Sequence record: PQ390715.1
DNA: 64,000 bases
Direction: 5' to 3' (one strand)
The notes under the pieces were generated by a model that made no database searches, was not told where the DNA came from, and worked only from the letters and a program-made list of their open reading frames with translations. Below, piece after piece: positions 32,173 through 41,494 of this stretch; within the stretch, counting starts at the first letter, position 1; the number at the start of each line of letters is the position of its first letter. A program made the position numbers and the translations under genes.

Positions 32173-32952
32173 ATGTTCACATATGTGAAAGGAAATTCAA
32201 AAGAAAATTATGAATTGGGAAACATTATTTCCAATCCAATTGGTGTAAAAGGACTTAAAGAACGTCCTGGTGCAACACCAGAAGATCCACAAACCTATCG
32301 TTATCTTTATAGTGATATTAGAACTCTTTATGGTATTTCAAGTAAAGATGGTTCCCCAGTAGAACCTAATGATGCTGTTAGAAAAGAAGAAGGTTTTTGG
32401 TGGTTAGTGTATAAAAATGTTGGAAATGTTAATGCTATTGAACAACCGTTGGAGTTTATTAAATTAAAAGATGAAAATCAACCTATTGTTGAATTTTTAG
32501 AAGACGCTACCGAAGAATATAAAGCACTAACTGTTCTTAAAACATATCATTATATTGATATGCCAATAGCAGATGTTAAAGTTGATTTAAAAGCAAGAAC
32601 TATATCAGAACGTACAAATCGTATGAATTCTGGTTATATGTTCAATGGTCATCGTTACAGTACTGATATGTCTGGTCGTCAAATGCTTCTTAATTACTAT
32701 ACACAAGTCACTTCAGGTTCTGAAAGTGTTTCTATTTTTCTTGATGACGCAATTGTAAAATTATCTGCTACTGAAATGACACAACTATACACTGGAGCCT
32801 TTGCTATGATTGAGCAATTGTTTACAGAATGTGACAATCAGTGTGCAGCAATTGATGCAGTTGATGATTTAGATCCTGATGCAATTTATAAGGCACAACA
32901 AGCTGCAACTTGGGTATATGAAGGTGTTGATATTCCTGAACGTATACGTTAA
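32173..32952 (+). CDS. Tail fibre assembly chaperone-like protein (DUF4376-like C-terminus)
   Basis: C-terminal GYMFNGHRYSTD..GRQ...LDD..VKLSATEM pattern; lies directly downstream of the fibre. Confidence 0.55.
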   Translation: MFTYVKGNSKENYELGNIISNPIGVKGLKERPGATPEDPQTYRYLYSDIRTLYGISSKDGSPVEPNDAVRKEEGFWWLVYKNVGNVNAIEQPLEFIKLKDENQPIVEFLEDATEEYKALTVLKTYHYIDMPIADVKVDLKARTISERTNRMNSGYMFNGHRYSTDMSGRQMLLNYYTQVTSGSESVSIFLDDAIVKLSATEMTQLYTGAFAMIEQLFTECDNQCAAIDAVDDLDPDAIYKAQQAATWVYEGVDIPERIR

Positions 32953-32958
32953 TTTTTT

Positions 32959-32989
32959 AAGGTCAAGCCTATGCTTGGCCTTTTCTTTT
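32959..32989 (+). terminator. Intrinsic terminator
   Basis: AAGGTCAAGC-CTAT-GCTTGGCCTT-TTCTTTT. Confidence 0.75.
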
Positions 32990-33036
32990 AACTAAAATAA
33001 ATACATCATATAAATCTATTCTGAGGAAATATTTAA

Positions 33037-35001
33037 ATGAGTATAAATCGAATTAGAGGTGATGGTGGTGTAATTATTGATAGTAAATCTTTTTTAGAGT
33101 TACCGAAAGCACCATCAAAAGAAACCGCTGATGTAATAAGATCAGGGATGATTAGATACAATAAGGAATGGAAATCATTTGAAGGTGTTCTGGATTTTGA
33201 AGATGGGACTATGGCATATCGCCGCTTTGCAAACTTAGATGCAAATGGTAAACTTCTTACTTCCCAATTACCAGATTCAGTAACTAGTGGTTTACAGTTT
33301 GTTGGTACATACAATCCTATCCCAGATGATATTGATCCACCTTTAGCACAAACACCACTACCAGCACCAGCAGCATCACTAAATGGTGATTATTATGTTG
33401 TTCGTGGTATTATGGATGCCGCACAAGCCCATTATGAAGCAAATAATCCACAAACAAGTCCTGTTACATTTACACCTACAAATCCAACTGGACAAGGTAA
33501 TTGGATTGAAATTTTATATTATGTTGACTCTAATCCAAATATATCTGGTGCTAAACTAGTAACATACGCTTTCGCTAGAATTATTCCTGCATCTATTCCT
33601 AGTACTGGTCATGATGGTCTTAAAAATTTAGCAACAGATGCTGACTTAACCAAACCATTTGCTTCAGGTGTTCCAATGAACCAAACCGCACTATCAGATG
33701 GTGATTGGATTATTATAACTGAAGATAAAAACATACGTCTACGCCAGTCAAGAACAAGCATTTCCGCTGCTTCAGTATTATATGACAATACTGTAATGAT
33801 TGCAAATCATCGTCAATTTAGGACAAACGCAGGGACCGTTCAAACATCCATAGATAACGTTGTGATTGAGTGTTTACGTAGAACTGGTGATTCCATGTAT
33901 AATGATGGAACAAGCGGCTCAGGGCGTTTTGGTGTGGTCTATGGTAGTGCAGCAGCACCAGCATTGACATTTAATAACAATCCATTTGATCCAACCAATA
34001 ACCCAGGTAATGATCCTGCAAAATGGTCAGACGCTAATACTGGTATGTTTCATCCAGCAGATGATGCAATTGGTTTCAGTACTGCTGGAACTGAACGTAT
34101 TAGAATTAATAATTCAACATTAACATTATACCAAACAACTTCAACCCCAGCATCAACCCCAGTACTAAGATTTGATAATGCAACCAATACTAATGTTGGA
34201 CTAAGTGCTAGTAGTAATATTATTTCATTTAGTTCAATGAATAAAGTACAAGTTGAATTTAAAAATGGTGAAAGTGCGTTTCATGGTAATATTGTGGTTG
34301 ATGGTACAAGTACATTGACTGGTGATACATCAGCTAGTAATATCACTGCTAGTGGTAATTTGAACATTCAAGGTAATACTACATTAGGCGATGCTGCATC
34401 TGATACAATTACAGTTAATGGAGTTAGTACGTTTACAGCAAACACTAATTTCAATGGAACAACTAATAAATTTAAAAATATAAATCTATTAGCTAATGGT
34501 ATAATTACATTAGAAAGTACTACTAATCAAAGTACAATCCAATTAGTTAGTTCTGATTTAAAACTATCAATGGGTAATTATGCTGATGTAAGTATCTATG
34601 ATAATGGAACTATAAGAACACGTTTTAATAGATATGGTATCCAATTACCAGTACTAGCTACTATTGATAACTCTGTTGGCGTTGATGGTATGATTGCATA
34701 CTCCAATACCGAGCGTACTTCAATGCAAAAAGTTCAAGGTCAATGGGTTCCAATTGGTTCAGGTTCAGTGAGAACCGATGCTTTTACAATTTCATCTTGG
34801 GTATTAAGTGGTAACTACTACACCCTTACTGTAACAGCCTCAAACATCGTCACAGCAGAGATACAGGAACAGGTTAGTCCTGGTGTCTATACTCGTGTTG
34901 AGGTCGATAGCGTTACGTTTAACGGCACTAACGTAGTGTTTAGTATACCTTCAACTCCTGATGTACGTTTCGACGGAAGAACATTGGTAACAATTAGATA
35001 A
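33037..35001 (+). CDS. Tail fibre/structural protein
   Basis: GMIRYN....FEG, YGSAAAPALTF..DANTGMFHPADDAIGFSTAGTER and DAASDTITVNG are typical fibre motifs; TAAATA at 32998. Confidence 0.7.
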   Translation: MSINRIRGDGGVIIDSKSFLELPKAPSKETADVIRSGMIRYNKEWKSFEGVLDFEDGTMAYRRFANLDANGKLLTSQLPDSVTSGLQFVGTYNPIPDDIDPPLAQTPLPAPAASLNGDYYVVRGIMDAAQAHYEANNPQTSPVTFTPTNPTGQGNWIEILYYVDSNPNISGAKLVTYAFARIIPASIPSTGHDGLKNLATDADLTKPFASGVPMNQTALSDGDWIIITEDKNIRLRQSRTSISAASVLYDNTVMIANHRQFRTNAGTVQTSIDNVVIECLRRTGDSMYNDGTSGSGRFGVVYGSAAAPALTFNNNPFDPTNNPGNDPAKWSDANTGMFHPADDAIGFSTAGTERIRINNSTLTLYQTTSTPASTPVLRFDNATNTNVGLSASSNIISFSSMNKVQVEFKNGESAFHGNIVVDGTSTLTGDTSASNITASGNLNIQGNTTLGDAASDTITVNGVSTFTANTNFNGTTNKFKNINLLANGIITLESTTNQSTIQLVSSDLKLSMGNYADVSIYDNGTIRTRFNRYGIQLPVLATIDNSVGVDGMIAYSNTERTSMQKVQGQWVPIGSGSVRTDAFTISSWVLSGNYYTLTVTASNIVTAEIQEQVSPGVYTRVEVDSVTFNGTNVVFSIPSTPDVRFDGRTLVTIR

Positions 35002-35002
35002 T

Positions 35003-35032
35003 AAAAAAGGGAGAACTGATGTTCTCCCTTTT
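35003..35032. terminator. Bidirectional intrinsic terminator
   Basis: AAAAAAGGGAGAAC-TGAT-GTTCTCCCTTTT. Confidence 0.9.
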
Positions 35033-35035
35033 CGT

Positions 35036-35965
35036 TTATACAGCCATAGGTGCTTTAATTGTTGGCATTGGGTTGTAATTCACTAATTTAAAAGAATCCA
35101 TAGTGAAATCTTCAATATTAGTAATTGTAGGATCAAGCCACAATTCAGGTAATTCACGAGGTTTTCGCTGTAGTTGTTCTTTTACTTGTTCAACGTGGTT
35201 TTTATAAATGTGACAATCACCACCATTCCAAATAAATTCACCAACATCTAAACCAGTAATTTGTGCAATCATATGAGTTAGTAGTGAGTAACTACTGATA
35301 TTAAATGGAACTCCTAAAAATAGATCAGCGGAGCGTTGATGCAGAATACAGCTTAGTTTTCCTTGCACTACACAAAATTGCACAAAGCTATGACAAGGTG
35401 GTAACGTCATATCATCAAGCTCACCAACGTTCCATGCACTTAGAATGTGGCGACGGCCATATGGATCGGACTTTATACCTTTGATTAGTTCTTGTAATTG
35501 GTCAGTTGTACGTTTCATAACAACACCATGTGAACCAGTATAATCGATAACTTTGTATCCTTTATCTTTTAATTCTTGAATTTCTTCAGTACTGGAACTA
35601 AATTTATAATCTTCCCATTCACGCCATTGCTTACCATACACTGGACCTAACTCACCATCAGTATAACCAAGAGCAACGCCTTGATTTAGGTAATTATCTG
35701 TCCAAATAGTTTTATTTTCTGTATCACGAGTTCCATGCAAAATTTCACAAAGGCGACGCTCATCATGGGAACCTTCAATAAACCATAGTAATTCTGAAGT
35801 CATTGCTTTCCAAGCTAGACGTTTTGTCGTCACTGCTGGGAAACCATCTTTAAGGTCAAAACGCATTTGTTGACCGATAAGTTTGATTGTTCCAACACCA
35901 GTACGGTCAACGCTTTCTACGCCTTCATCTAGAATTTTTTGATATAGTTCTTGTAGTTGTTTCAT
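35036..35965 (-). CDS. thyA: Thymidylate synthase
   Basis: DRTGVGT, ELLWF, LGPVYGKQWR, catalytic LPPCH, QRSADLFLGVPFN and GDCHIY. Confidence 0.97.
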   Translation of the reverse strand: MKQLQELYQKILDEGVESVDRTGVGTIKLIGQQMRFDLKDGFPAVTTKRLAWKAMTSELLWFIEGSHDERRLCEILHGTRDTENKTIWTDNYLNQGVALGYTDGELGPVYGKQWREWEDYKFSSSTEEIQELKDKGYKVIDYTGSHGVVMKRTTDQLQELIKGIKSDPYGRRHILSAWNVGELDDMTLPPCHSFVQFCVVQGKLSCILHQRSADLFLGVPFNISSYSLLTHMIAQITGLDVGEFIWNGGDCHIYKNHVEQVKEQLQRKPRELPELWLDPTITNIEDFTMDSFKLVNYNPMPTIKAPMAV

Positions 35966-36558
35966 TATTCTTCCTTGAAAAATGTAATAAAATGTTCCAT
36001 ATGTTTTTCGGTGGCATTGCGTGAACCAATACCAGTCCAGTTACCATGTGGTGCTGGAACGACGAATGTTTGTGTGAACTCTTTCAGTACTGTATCGAAA
36101 TAAAATACTGAACGTGAATTCATATCATAACAATAAATTTCAGGATTTTCAACTGAATCCATATACATCTGTACTGCCCATGCAGTACCACCACTTACCT
36201 TAGTTGGTGATGTGATATTTGCAATACAATATATTCTTTCTGTATTAAGTATCTGATAACTATTCCTTGCAAGTAAGTTGTAAACATAAGAACCAGGTTT
36301 TGGTACTTTTCGCTGCAACGAGTAACATGCAATGTTTAGTTGATTTAATATAGAAATATCAGATAGAATATTGGATGGTATTTCTAATATAGTACTTTCA
36401 TCTACACTATGCTCATGACCTTTGAATGAAAAATTAATAACTTCAAATCCATTATTTTTTGCATAGATAGAAAAAAGGCGGTCAGCACCTGCTGCCCCGC
36501 CACTAAAACATACATTAGATAAACCTTTAATTGCTTCATCTAATTCATTCTTTTTCAT
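35965..36558 (-). CDS. SLOG-superfamily (DprA/YspA/LOG-like) Rossmann protein
   Basis: FSGGAAGAD, ARNSYQI, SGGTAWAV and TGIGSR motifs; its stop overlaps the thyA start. Confidence 0.6.
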   Translation of the reverse strand: MKKNELDEAIKGLSNVCFSGGAAGADRLFSIYAKNNGFEVINFSFKGHEHSVDESTILEIPSNILSDISILNQLNIACYSLQRKVPKPGSYVYNLLARNSYQILNTERIYCIANITSPTKVSGGTAWAVQMYMDSVENPEIYCYDMNSRSVFYFDTVLKEFTQTFVVPAPHGNWTGIGSRNATEKHMEHFITFFKEE

Positions 36559-36561
36559 ATT

Positions 36562-37218
36562 TTATTTTGCTTTACGTTCTGCAAATAGTTGTTTTACTTT
36601 CTCAATAGCTTTAGTCTGTGAAATACCTTCTGGAATTTCTAGATAAATTGTTTTACTATCTTTCGGTTGTTCAACAACTTGTGTTTGCGGACGCAAGCTT
36701 GGCTCTAAATTGTATGCACGTTCATAATGTTCTTTAGCCAGTTTTTCATATTTTTGTGCATCAGTGAGAAGTTGTTCTACAATAGTAGCTTCTTCTACTT
36801 TAGTGTCCGCTTCTTGTGGATTGAATGGGTTAAAGTCTTTTACTTTACCATCTTCTTGTACTTTCGCTTGATTTTCATCTAATGCTTTGTTTAGAACATC
36901 AAGAGAAATTTTATTATTACCACCAGTGTGCATATCAATGTCACAAGTACGAACGCGACGTAGATGCTGCATGTTGTGTAGAACATCTAGCATTTTGCGT
37001 CCATCGAGATAACCAATTTTATGCATTACTTCCCACAAATCAATATTAGATTGACCATGACCCATAACAATATCAGTTACTGCGTGTACATATGCTTCTG
37101 GTAGTGAATCACGATAAACGATAAGGCAGTGTTCAGGATCATCTGGTAGTGAACGCCAAACAACAAAAACACGAGAACCTGTATTACGCATTACACCAAC
37201 ATGACGAATAGCTGCCAT
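36562..37218 (-). CDS. Conserved hypothetical phage protein
   Basis: 218-aa ORF in the early operon with SD GGAG. Confidence 0.7.
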   Translation of the reverse strand: MAAIRHVGVMRNTGSRVFVVWRSLPDDPEHCLIVYRDSLPEAYVHAVTDIVMGHGQSNIDLWEVMHKIGYLDGRKMLDVLHNMQHLRRVRTCDIDMHTGGNNKISLDVLNKALDENQAKVQEDGKVKDFNPFNPQEADTKVEEATIVEQLLTDAQKYEKLAKEHYERAYNLEPSLRPQTQVVEQPKDSKTIYLEIPEGISQTKAIEKVKQLFAERKAK

Positions 37219-37220
37219 AA

Positions 37221-37481
37221 TTATTCTCCTTTATCTTCTTGAGTTTCACTATCTTGTGATTCAGCTTCTTCTTTAGCTGCATCTTCTTGTGCTTTAATAT
37301 CTTCAAGAGCTACATTTGCAAAAGAAACAAATTTAGATACAACTGGAGCAACCTCAACAAGTTCTTCAACTTTAAAGGTGTTTCGTGCAACAGCAGCTTC
37401 CATGATTTTTGCAGCATTGATTAGGTCTAGAAGGGTTAGTTGAATTTGATTATTTTCTTGTTCCATTTTAATACTCTCCAT
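37221..37481 (-). CDS. Hypothetical acidic protein
   Basis: 86 aa, first gene after the promoter at 37501. Confidence 0.7.
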   Translation of the reverse strand: MESIKMEQENNQIQLTLLDLINAAKIMEAAVARNTFKVEELVEVAPVVSKFVSFANVALEDIKAQEDAAKEEAESQDSETQEDKGE

Positions 37482-37500
37482 GTATATTGGTACATTAACT

Positions 37501-37528
37501 ATTATATCATATTTTTATAAGTTGTCCC
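37501..37528 (-). promoter_or_regulatory. Early promoter
   Basis: GGGACA-16nt-TATAAT with TGA extension. Confidence 0.6.
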
Positions 37529-37534
37529 ACTTAT

Positions 37535-37563
37535 AAAAGAAGAGAACGGAATTTTCCGTTCTC
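37535..37563 (-). terminator. Intrinsic terminator after the VWA gene
   Basis: GAGAACGGA-(AATT)-TCCGTTCTC followed by TTCTTTT on the minus strand. Confidence 0.85.
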
Positions 37564-37575
37564 ATTATTTAGTAC

Positions 37576-39000
37576 TTAACTACGTTGACGCTTTTTATCA
37601 GCTTCATATTCGTAGTGTACAGTCTCACCAAATGGTGCAACTTTATTTGGGTTACTGTGAATCACGAACAGTGTTTTACAGTAGTTTGGATCACCCCATG
37701 ACTGCCACGGTTCACCATCAGTAAACATTACAAGCTGTTTAGGCTTGTAGTTGTCGTTCTTCATATGAACCCATACTGCTTCAAAGTCAGTACCACCACC
37801 ACCTTTTACTGGATATTCCAGAATCTTACGTTCTTCGCCAGTTTTGTAATCCTTTACAGTATAAACTTCAGTATCAAAAGTCATGATACGAATCTTAAAC
37901 TGTTTGAATTGTTTAGTGATGCCAAGAACTTCACTAATGAAATCACGAAGCATATCTTCAGAAATAGACCCAGAAGCATCTAGTGCAATCGCAATATCAA
38001 TATCATCATCTGGTTTCATCCCTGGGTAAATTGGATTACCATAGAATGAGCCATTAGAACCAAAACCTGCACCCCAAGAACGACGATTCGGATTTTGATA
38101 TGTTGCATCAGACTTCAACCAACTACGAAGTGTACGTTGAAGTTTTGAACGCCAGTCAATCTTTGGTTCTTTAAAGTTGTTAATCATACGAGCGATTTCT
38201 GCTGGTGTACCACCTGCACGAGCAGCATTCATCATTGCTGTTTTGAAATCATCCATGTAATCACGTTTTTGCTGTTCACTTGAACCACCCTCTTGACCTT
38301 CTTGTGGAACGTCATGCTGGTCAATGGTAGTACCTTTTGGTTTACCCTTACCATCTTTAATATCGCCAAAAGTACCGCGATTTTTACCTTCACCTTCACC
38401 GCCGCCACTTTGTGGTTGACCTTCACCTTCACCATCTTCTTTTTGTTCTTCTTCTTCAAGAAGAATGTAAATCTCTTCTGCGGTCATGCCTTCATATTTT
38501 TTATCATACAACCATGAACTTTGGATTTTCCCAATTTTCTCACGAACGATGATTTGGTTAATGGCATAATCCGCTGCACGGTTATAACGTTGTGGATCAC
38601 GCATACCACGACGAAGGAAGTGATCGTAAGCACAGTGTAGAATTTCATGACAAATTACAGCAACAAGGTTTTCATCAGTCAAACCTTCAGTCATTTCTTT
38701 TAATTGTTCGTCTGTAACTTCAGGGTGCTTTTCACGAATAGCTTCTTCATATTCTTTCTTTTTAGATGGGTCTTGAATGCCCATTACAAATTCTACGTTG
38801 TAGAATAGATGTTTACCATCCACTGCTAGAGTACGACACCATGTATTATTAGGAACTGGACGTAAACGTGAAGCGAGTACACCAAAGAATGGTGCAGTTA
38901 ACATCAAAGATGTACGAGCCAGAACCAGACGTTCTTGACATTCTTTCTGGAGTGCCGGAGATACTTCATTGAATCTTGAAGTAGATTTGTTATCTGACAT
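37576..39000 (-). CDS. HExxH metallopeptidase-like + VWA domain protein (DUF2201-like)
   Basis: CHEILH; MIDAS motif DASGS; GGGGTDF; MFTDG; acidic/Gly linker. Confidence 0.85.
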   Translation of the reverse strand: MSDNKSTSRFNEVSPALQKECQERLVLARTSLMLTAPFFGVLASRLRPVPNNTWCRTLAVDGKHLFYNVEFVMGIQDPSKKKEYEEAIREKHPEVTDEQLKEMTEGLTDENLVAVICHEILHCAYDHFLRRGMRDPQRYNRAADYAINQIIVREKIGKIQSSWLYDKKYEGMTAEEIYILLEEEEQKEDGEGEGQPQSGGGEGEGKNRGTFGDIKDGKGKPKGTTIDQHDVPQEGQEGGSSEQQKRDYMDDFKTAMMNAARAGGTPAEIARMINNFKEPKIDWRSKLQRTLRSWLKSDATYQNPNRRSWGAGFGSNGSFYGNPIYPGMKPDDDIDIAIALDASGSISEDMLRDFISEVLGITKQFKQFKIRIMTFDTEVYTVKDYKTGEERKILEYPVKGGGGTDFEAVWVHMKNDNYKPKQLVMFTDGEPWQSWGDPNYCKTLFVIHSNPNKVAPFGETVHYEYEADKKRQRS

Positions 39001-39025
39001 GTATATTTCCTCGTTTAGTTAAGAT

Positions 39026-39055
39026 AAAAGAAGGATACCATTAGGCATCCTTCTT
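39026..39055 (-). terminator. Terminator-like hairpin between MoxR and VWA genes
   Basis: AAGAAGGATGCC-TAAT-GGTATCCTTCTT-TT on the minus strand. Confidence 0.6.
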
Positions 39056-39074
39056 GTCAACAACTCTTTGTTAA

Positions 39075-40400
39075 TTAGCCAAGAGAGCGTGCTTTACGTA
39101 CAAGATCAGAGTACTTAGCGATGAAATCTTTAAACGCTGGTACATCTTTAATGGAAATCGCAACCTTATGAAGCGTGATGGTACGAATTGCCAGTACTGC
39201 CAGTTCTGCTTGAGTTGCAGAGAAGTTATGGTCTAGGAAGGTGATGAAGTTGTTACACAGTTTACCCCATTCTTCCACTGGTAGACGTTGTTCTTGCTTC
39301 TCATTGAACAGGTCGATAATTTTATAAACCAAGTTCAGAGTGATAAAGTAGTTCGCAGAAATATCCAGCGTTGCGTCGATTTCTTTGATTTCACCAGACA
39401 GAATAGACATAGTATCTGGTAATTTAGCAACGTTCTCAACGTACTCAATGTATTCAGTTGCAACACCTTCACCAACACGACCAGCAATCATTGCACGGAA
39501 CACTTCTTTATCAATTGTCTTAGTTTTCTTGAGATCTTCGTAGCGTGCTACTGCTTCCCATGAACGTGGAGAAGTACCACCACTGTGAGAAGGATCTTGT
39601 GGACTAAGTGTGTTAAAGTACTTAGAACCAGTGTTGTTGATGAACGCAACAGTTGCTGGGTTCAAACGTTTTGCAATCGCATAATCGTTAATCCAATCTT
39701 GATGATAAGGAATCATCTCAATGTGAGTCATACGGTCACGCAGTGGTGTAGCAAGAGAGAAAGTTACACCGCCATCAGTTTCACGGTTACCTGCTGCAAG
39801 AATCAGTGCAGTCTTAGGTAGCTTCATCTCACCAACACAACGGTCGAGGATTAGCTGATAAGACGCTGCCTGAACAATAGGCATTGCAGAGTTAATTTCG
39901 TCAAACAGAATAACACCTTTCCAATCTTCGGACAATTTCAGAACTTTAGGTGCAGCCCATACTACCGCAGTTTCAGCTACATAATCTTTTGCTTCGGCAA
40001 GCTCAGATTCTTTCAGAAGAGAACCGTCAGTTTTACGGAAAAGCTTCTCTGGTACTGGAATACCGCGAAGGTCACTTGGTTCGATTTGAGACAAACGGAA
40101 ATCGATAAAGTTAGTATCTTGGTCGATTAGTTTTGCTTCAAATGCAGCCAGTTCACGGCGTAGCTGATCAGCATTTTCAGGGTCAGCTTCGATTTGTTGT
40201 TTCATGAACTCGATTTTAGCTACGTTATCTTTACGCAGTGGGTAATTTTCATCAGCGTATTGACGAGCGATTGCAGACTTACCGATACCTGGGCTACCCC
40301 AAATCATCAGGCTATCTTGAATCATGTCAGCTAGTGCCATTGCTTCTTTAGCTTTCTTTGGAGTCAGTTTAACGTTCAGGATATCGTTTTGAGTAGTCAT
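39075..40400 (-). CDS. MoxR-family AAA+ ATPase
   Basis: Walker A WGSPGIGKS, Walker B ILFDEIN, AAGNR sensor 1 and PLRDR arginine finger; adjacent to a VWA gene. Confidence 0.88.
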   Translation of the reverse strand: MTTQNDILNVKLTPKKAKEAMALADMIQDSLMIWGSPGIGKSAIARQYADENYPLRKDNVAKIEFMKQQIEADPENADQLRRELAAFEAKLIDQDTNFIDFRLSQIEPSDLRGIPVPEKLFRKTDGSLLKESELAEAKDYVAETAVVWAAPKVLKLSEDWKGVILFDEINSAMPIVQAASYQLILDRCVGEMKLPKTALILAAGNRETDGGVTFSLATPLRDRMTHIEMIPYHQDWINDYAIAKRLNPATVAFINNTGSKYFNTLSPQDPSHSGGTSPRSWEAVARYEDLKKTKTIDKEVFRAMIAGRVGEGVATEYIEYVENVAKLPDTMSILSGEIKEIDATLDISANYFITLNLVYKIIDLFNEKQEQRLPVEEWGKLCNNFITFLDHNFSATQAELAVLAIRTITLHKVAISIKDVPAFKDFIAKYSDLVRKARSLG

Positions 40401-40441
40401 GTATATATTTCCTTTTGTTGGATAAAATCGTTTAAGTTTCT

Positions 40442-40470
40442 ATTATAGCCAATCCGTGGGCAAAAGTAAA
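40442..40470 (-). promoter_or_regulatory. Proximal promoter of MoxR-VWA
   Basis: TTTACT-17nt-TATAAT, resembling a T4 early promoter. Confidence 0.6.
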
Positions 40471-40508
40471 GGAACTGTGTTAAAATAATTTAACTTATCA
40501 GTTCCTTT
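40462..40508 (-). terminator. Long hairpin with U-tract (candidate terminator/attenuator)
   Basis: AAAGGAACTG...CAGTTCCTTT with inner GTTAAA/TTTAAC, followed by ACTTTT. Confidence 0.55.
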
Positions 40509-40569
40509 GTTACTTCATGAATCATCCGTGTGTTTAAAAGGTAAATCTCTTTGCTGTCTTGATGTGAAC

Positions 40570-40597
40570 ATTATATCACATCGTTTCAACTTGTCAA
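40570..40597 (-). promoter_or_regulatory. Near-consensus early promoter
   Basis: TTGACA-16nt-TATAAT with TGTGA extension. Confidence 0.8.
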
Positions 40598-40662
40598 TCA
40601 CTTTTTTTCTTTTTTTTCAAACTCACATCTTGTGTCGCTTGAAAACTTTATGTCTGATGCTT

Positions 40663-40690
40663 ATTGTATCACATCATTCTATCTTGTCAA
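40663..40690 (-). promoter_or_regulatory. Near-consensus early promoter (repeat of 40570-40597)
   Basis: TTGACA-16nt-TACAAT with GATGTGA extension. Confidence 0.75.
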
Positions 40691-40713
40691 CATTTATTTT
40701 TAATTCATTTTTC

Positions 40714-41094
40714 TTACATATGAATAGAAAATAACTGTTTAAAATCATCACAACACAATGTTAATTCAGTTATTATCATTGCATCTGTCAGATATATGTA
40801 CTGACCTTCAACATAATAAGGTGAAGTACATATTCTGTCAAGTGATGTAAACATTATAGAACTTTTAAATTCTCTTTGCAAGGGGATTTTGGTAAATTCA
40901 TAAAGATTATTTTCTTTACAAATTCCATACCCAAACTTGCTAAGACGTAAACCACCGCCAGTTCTGAAATTTTCAAAAATTGACATCAGAAGCATACGGT
41001 CTGTTATTTCTGAATCTGATTCATGTACTTCCCTAACTTTGGAAAGTACATTATTTTGATATTCAGTACTGTTATGTGATGGTTCTGGAAACAT
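40714..41094 (-). CDS. Conserved hypothetical protein
   Basis: 126 aa with GLRLS..G and LDR....PYY; last gene of the late operon. Confidence 0.7.
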   Translation of the reverse strand: MFPEPSHNSTEYQNNVLSKVREVHESDSEITDRMLLMSIFENFRTGGGLRLSKFGYGICKENNLYEFTKIPLQREFKSSIMFTSLDRICTSPYYVEGQYIYLTDAMIITELTLCCDDFKQLFSIHM

Positions 41095-41097
41095 ATA

Positions 41098-41493
41098 TTA
41101 GTCTCCAACAAAACCTTGACGTGCAGCATAAGATGGTGCACCAGGCTCATTATAGTGTTGTACGCCTTCTTTGTCAATTGTTGGTCCCATACCTTCAGTT
41201 CCAAAACAACCTGCAATGGCTTCCAACACTTCTTCATCAGCAACTTCAGTACTTTCATCATTATATCGAATGTCAGACAAAATGTCACAGGCTTTTTGTA
41301 GTTTATCTACAATTTCTTTTTGGTCTTCACCAGATTTAATCTTATCAACAATATCAATAAGACATTTGGTAATATCCTTAAGAACATCAACTGCTACAAC
41401 ATCGGATTCAACTTCAACTGAAAAACTTTCGTCTTCATCTCTTCCGGTAATTTCGTCTAACGCTTCAACTAGTTCACGATAATTATATTGCAT
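41098..41493 (-). CDS. Hypothetical acidic protein
   Basis: 131 aa, tightly packed in the operon. Confidence 0.7.
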   Translation of the reverse strand: MQYNYRELVEALDEITGRDEDESFSVEVESDVVAVDVLKDITKCLIDIVDKIKSGEDQKEIVDKLQKACDILSDIRYNDESTEVADEEVLEAIAGCFGTEGMGPTIDKEGVQHYNEPGAPSYAARQGFVGD

Positions 41494-41494
41494 A

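Noticed and set aside
35520-35630. Insertion in thyA (KFSSSTEEIQELKDKGYKVIDYTGSHG) as a possible intron remnant
   Set aside because: It is in frame and short, lies in a known variable region of thymidylate synthases, and shows no splice-like structure.
37765-39821. Alternative-frame and antisense ORFs in MoxR-VWA
   Set aside because: They fully overlap genes with clear motifs and have no coding signature.
40507-40734. 75-aa plus-strand ORF in the intergenic gap
   Set aside because: It crosses promoter boxes and T-runs, has no SD and gives a low-complexity product.
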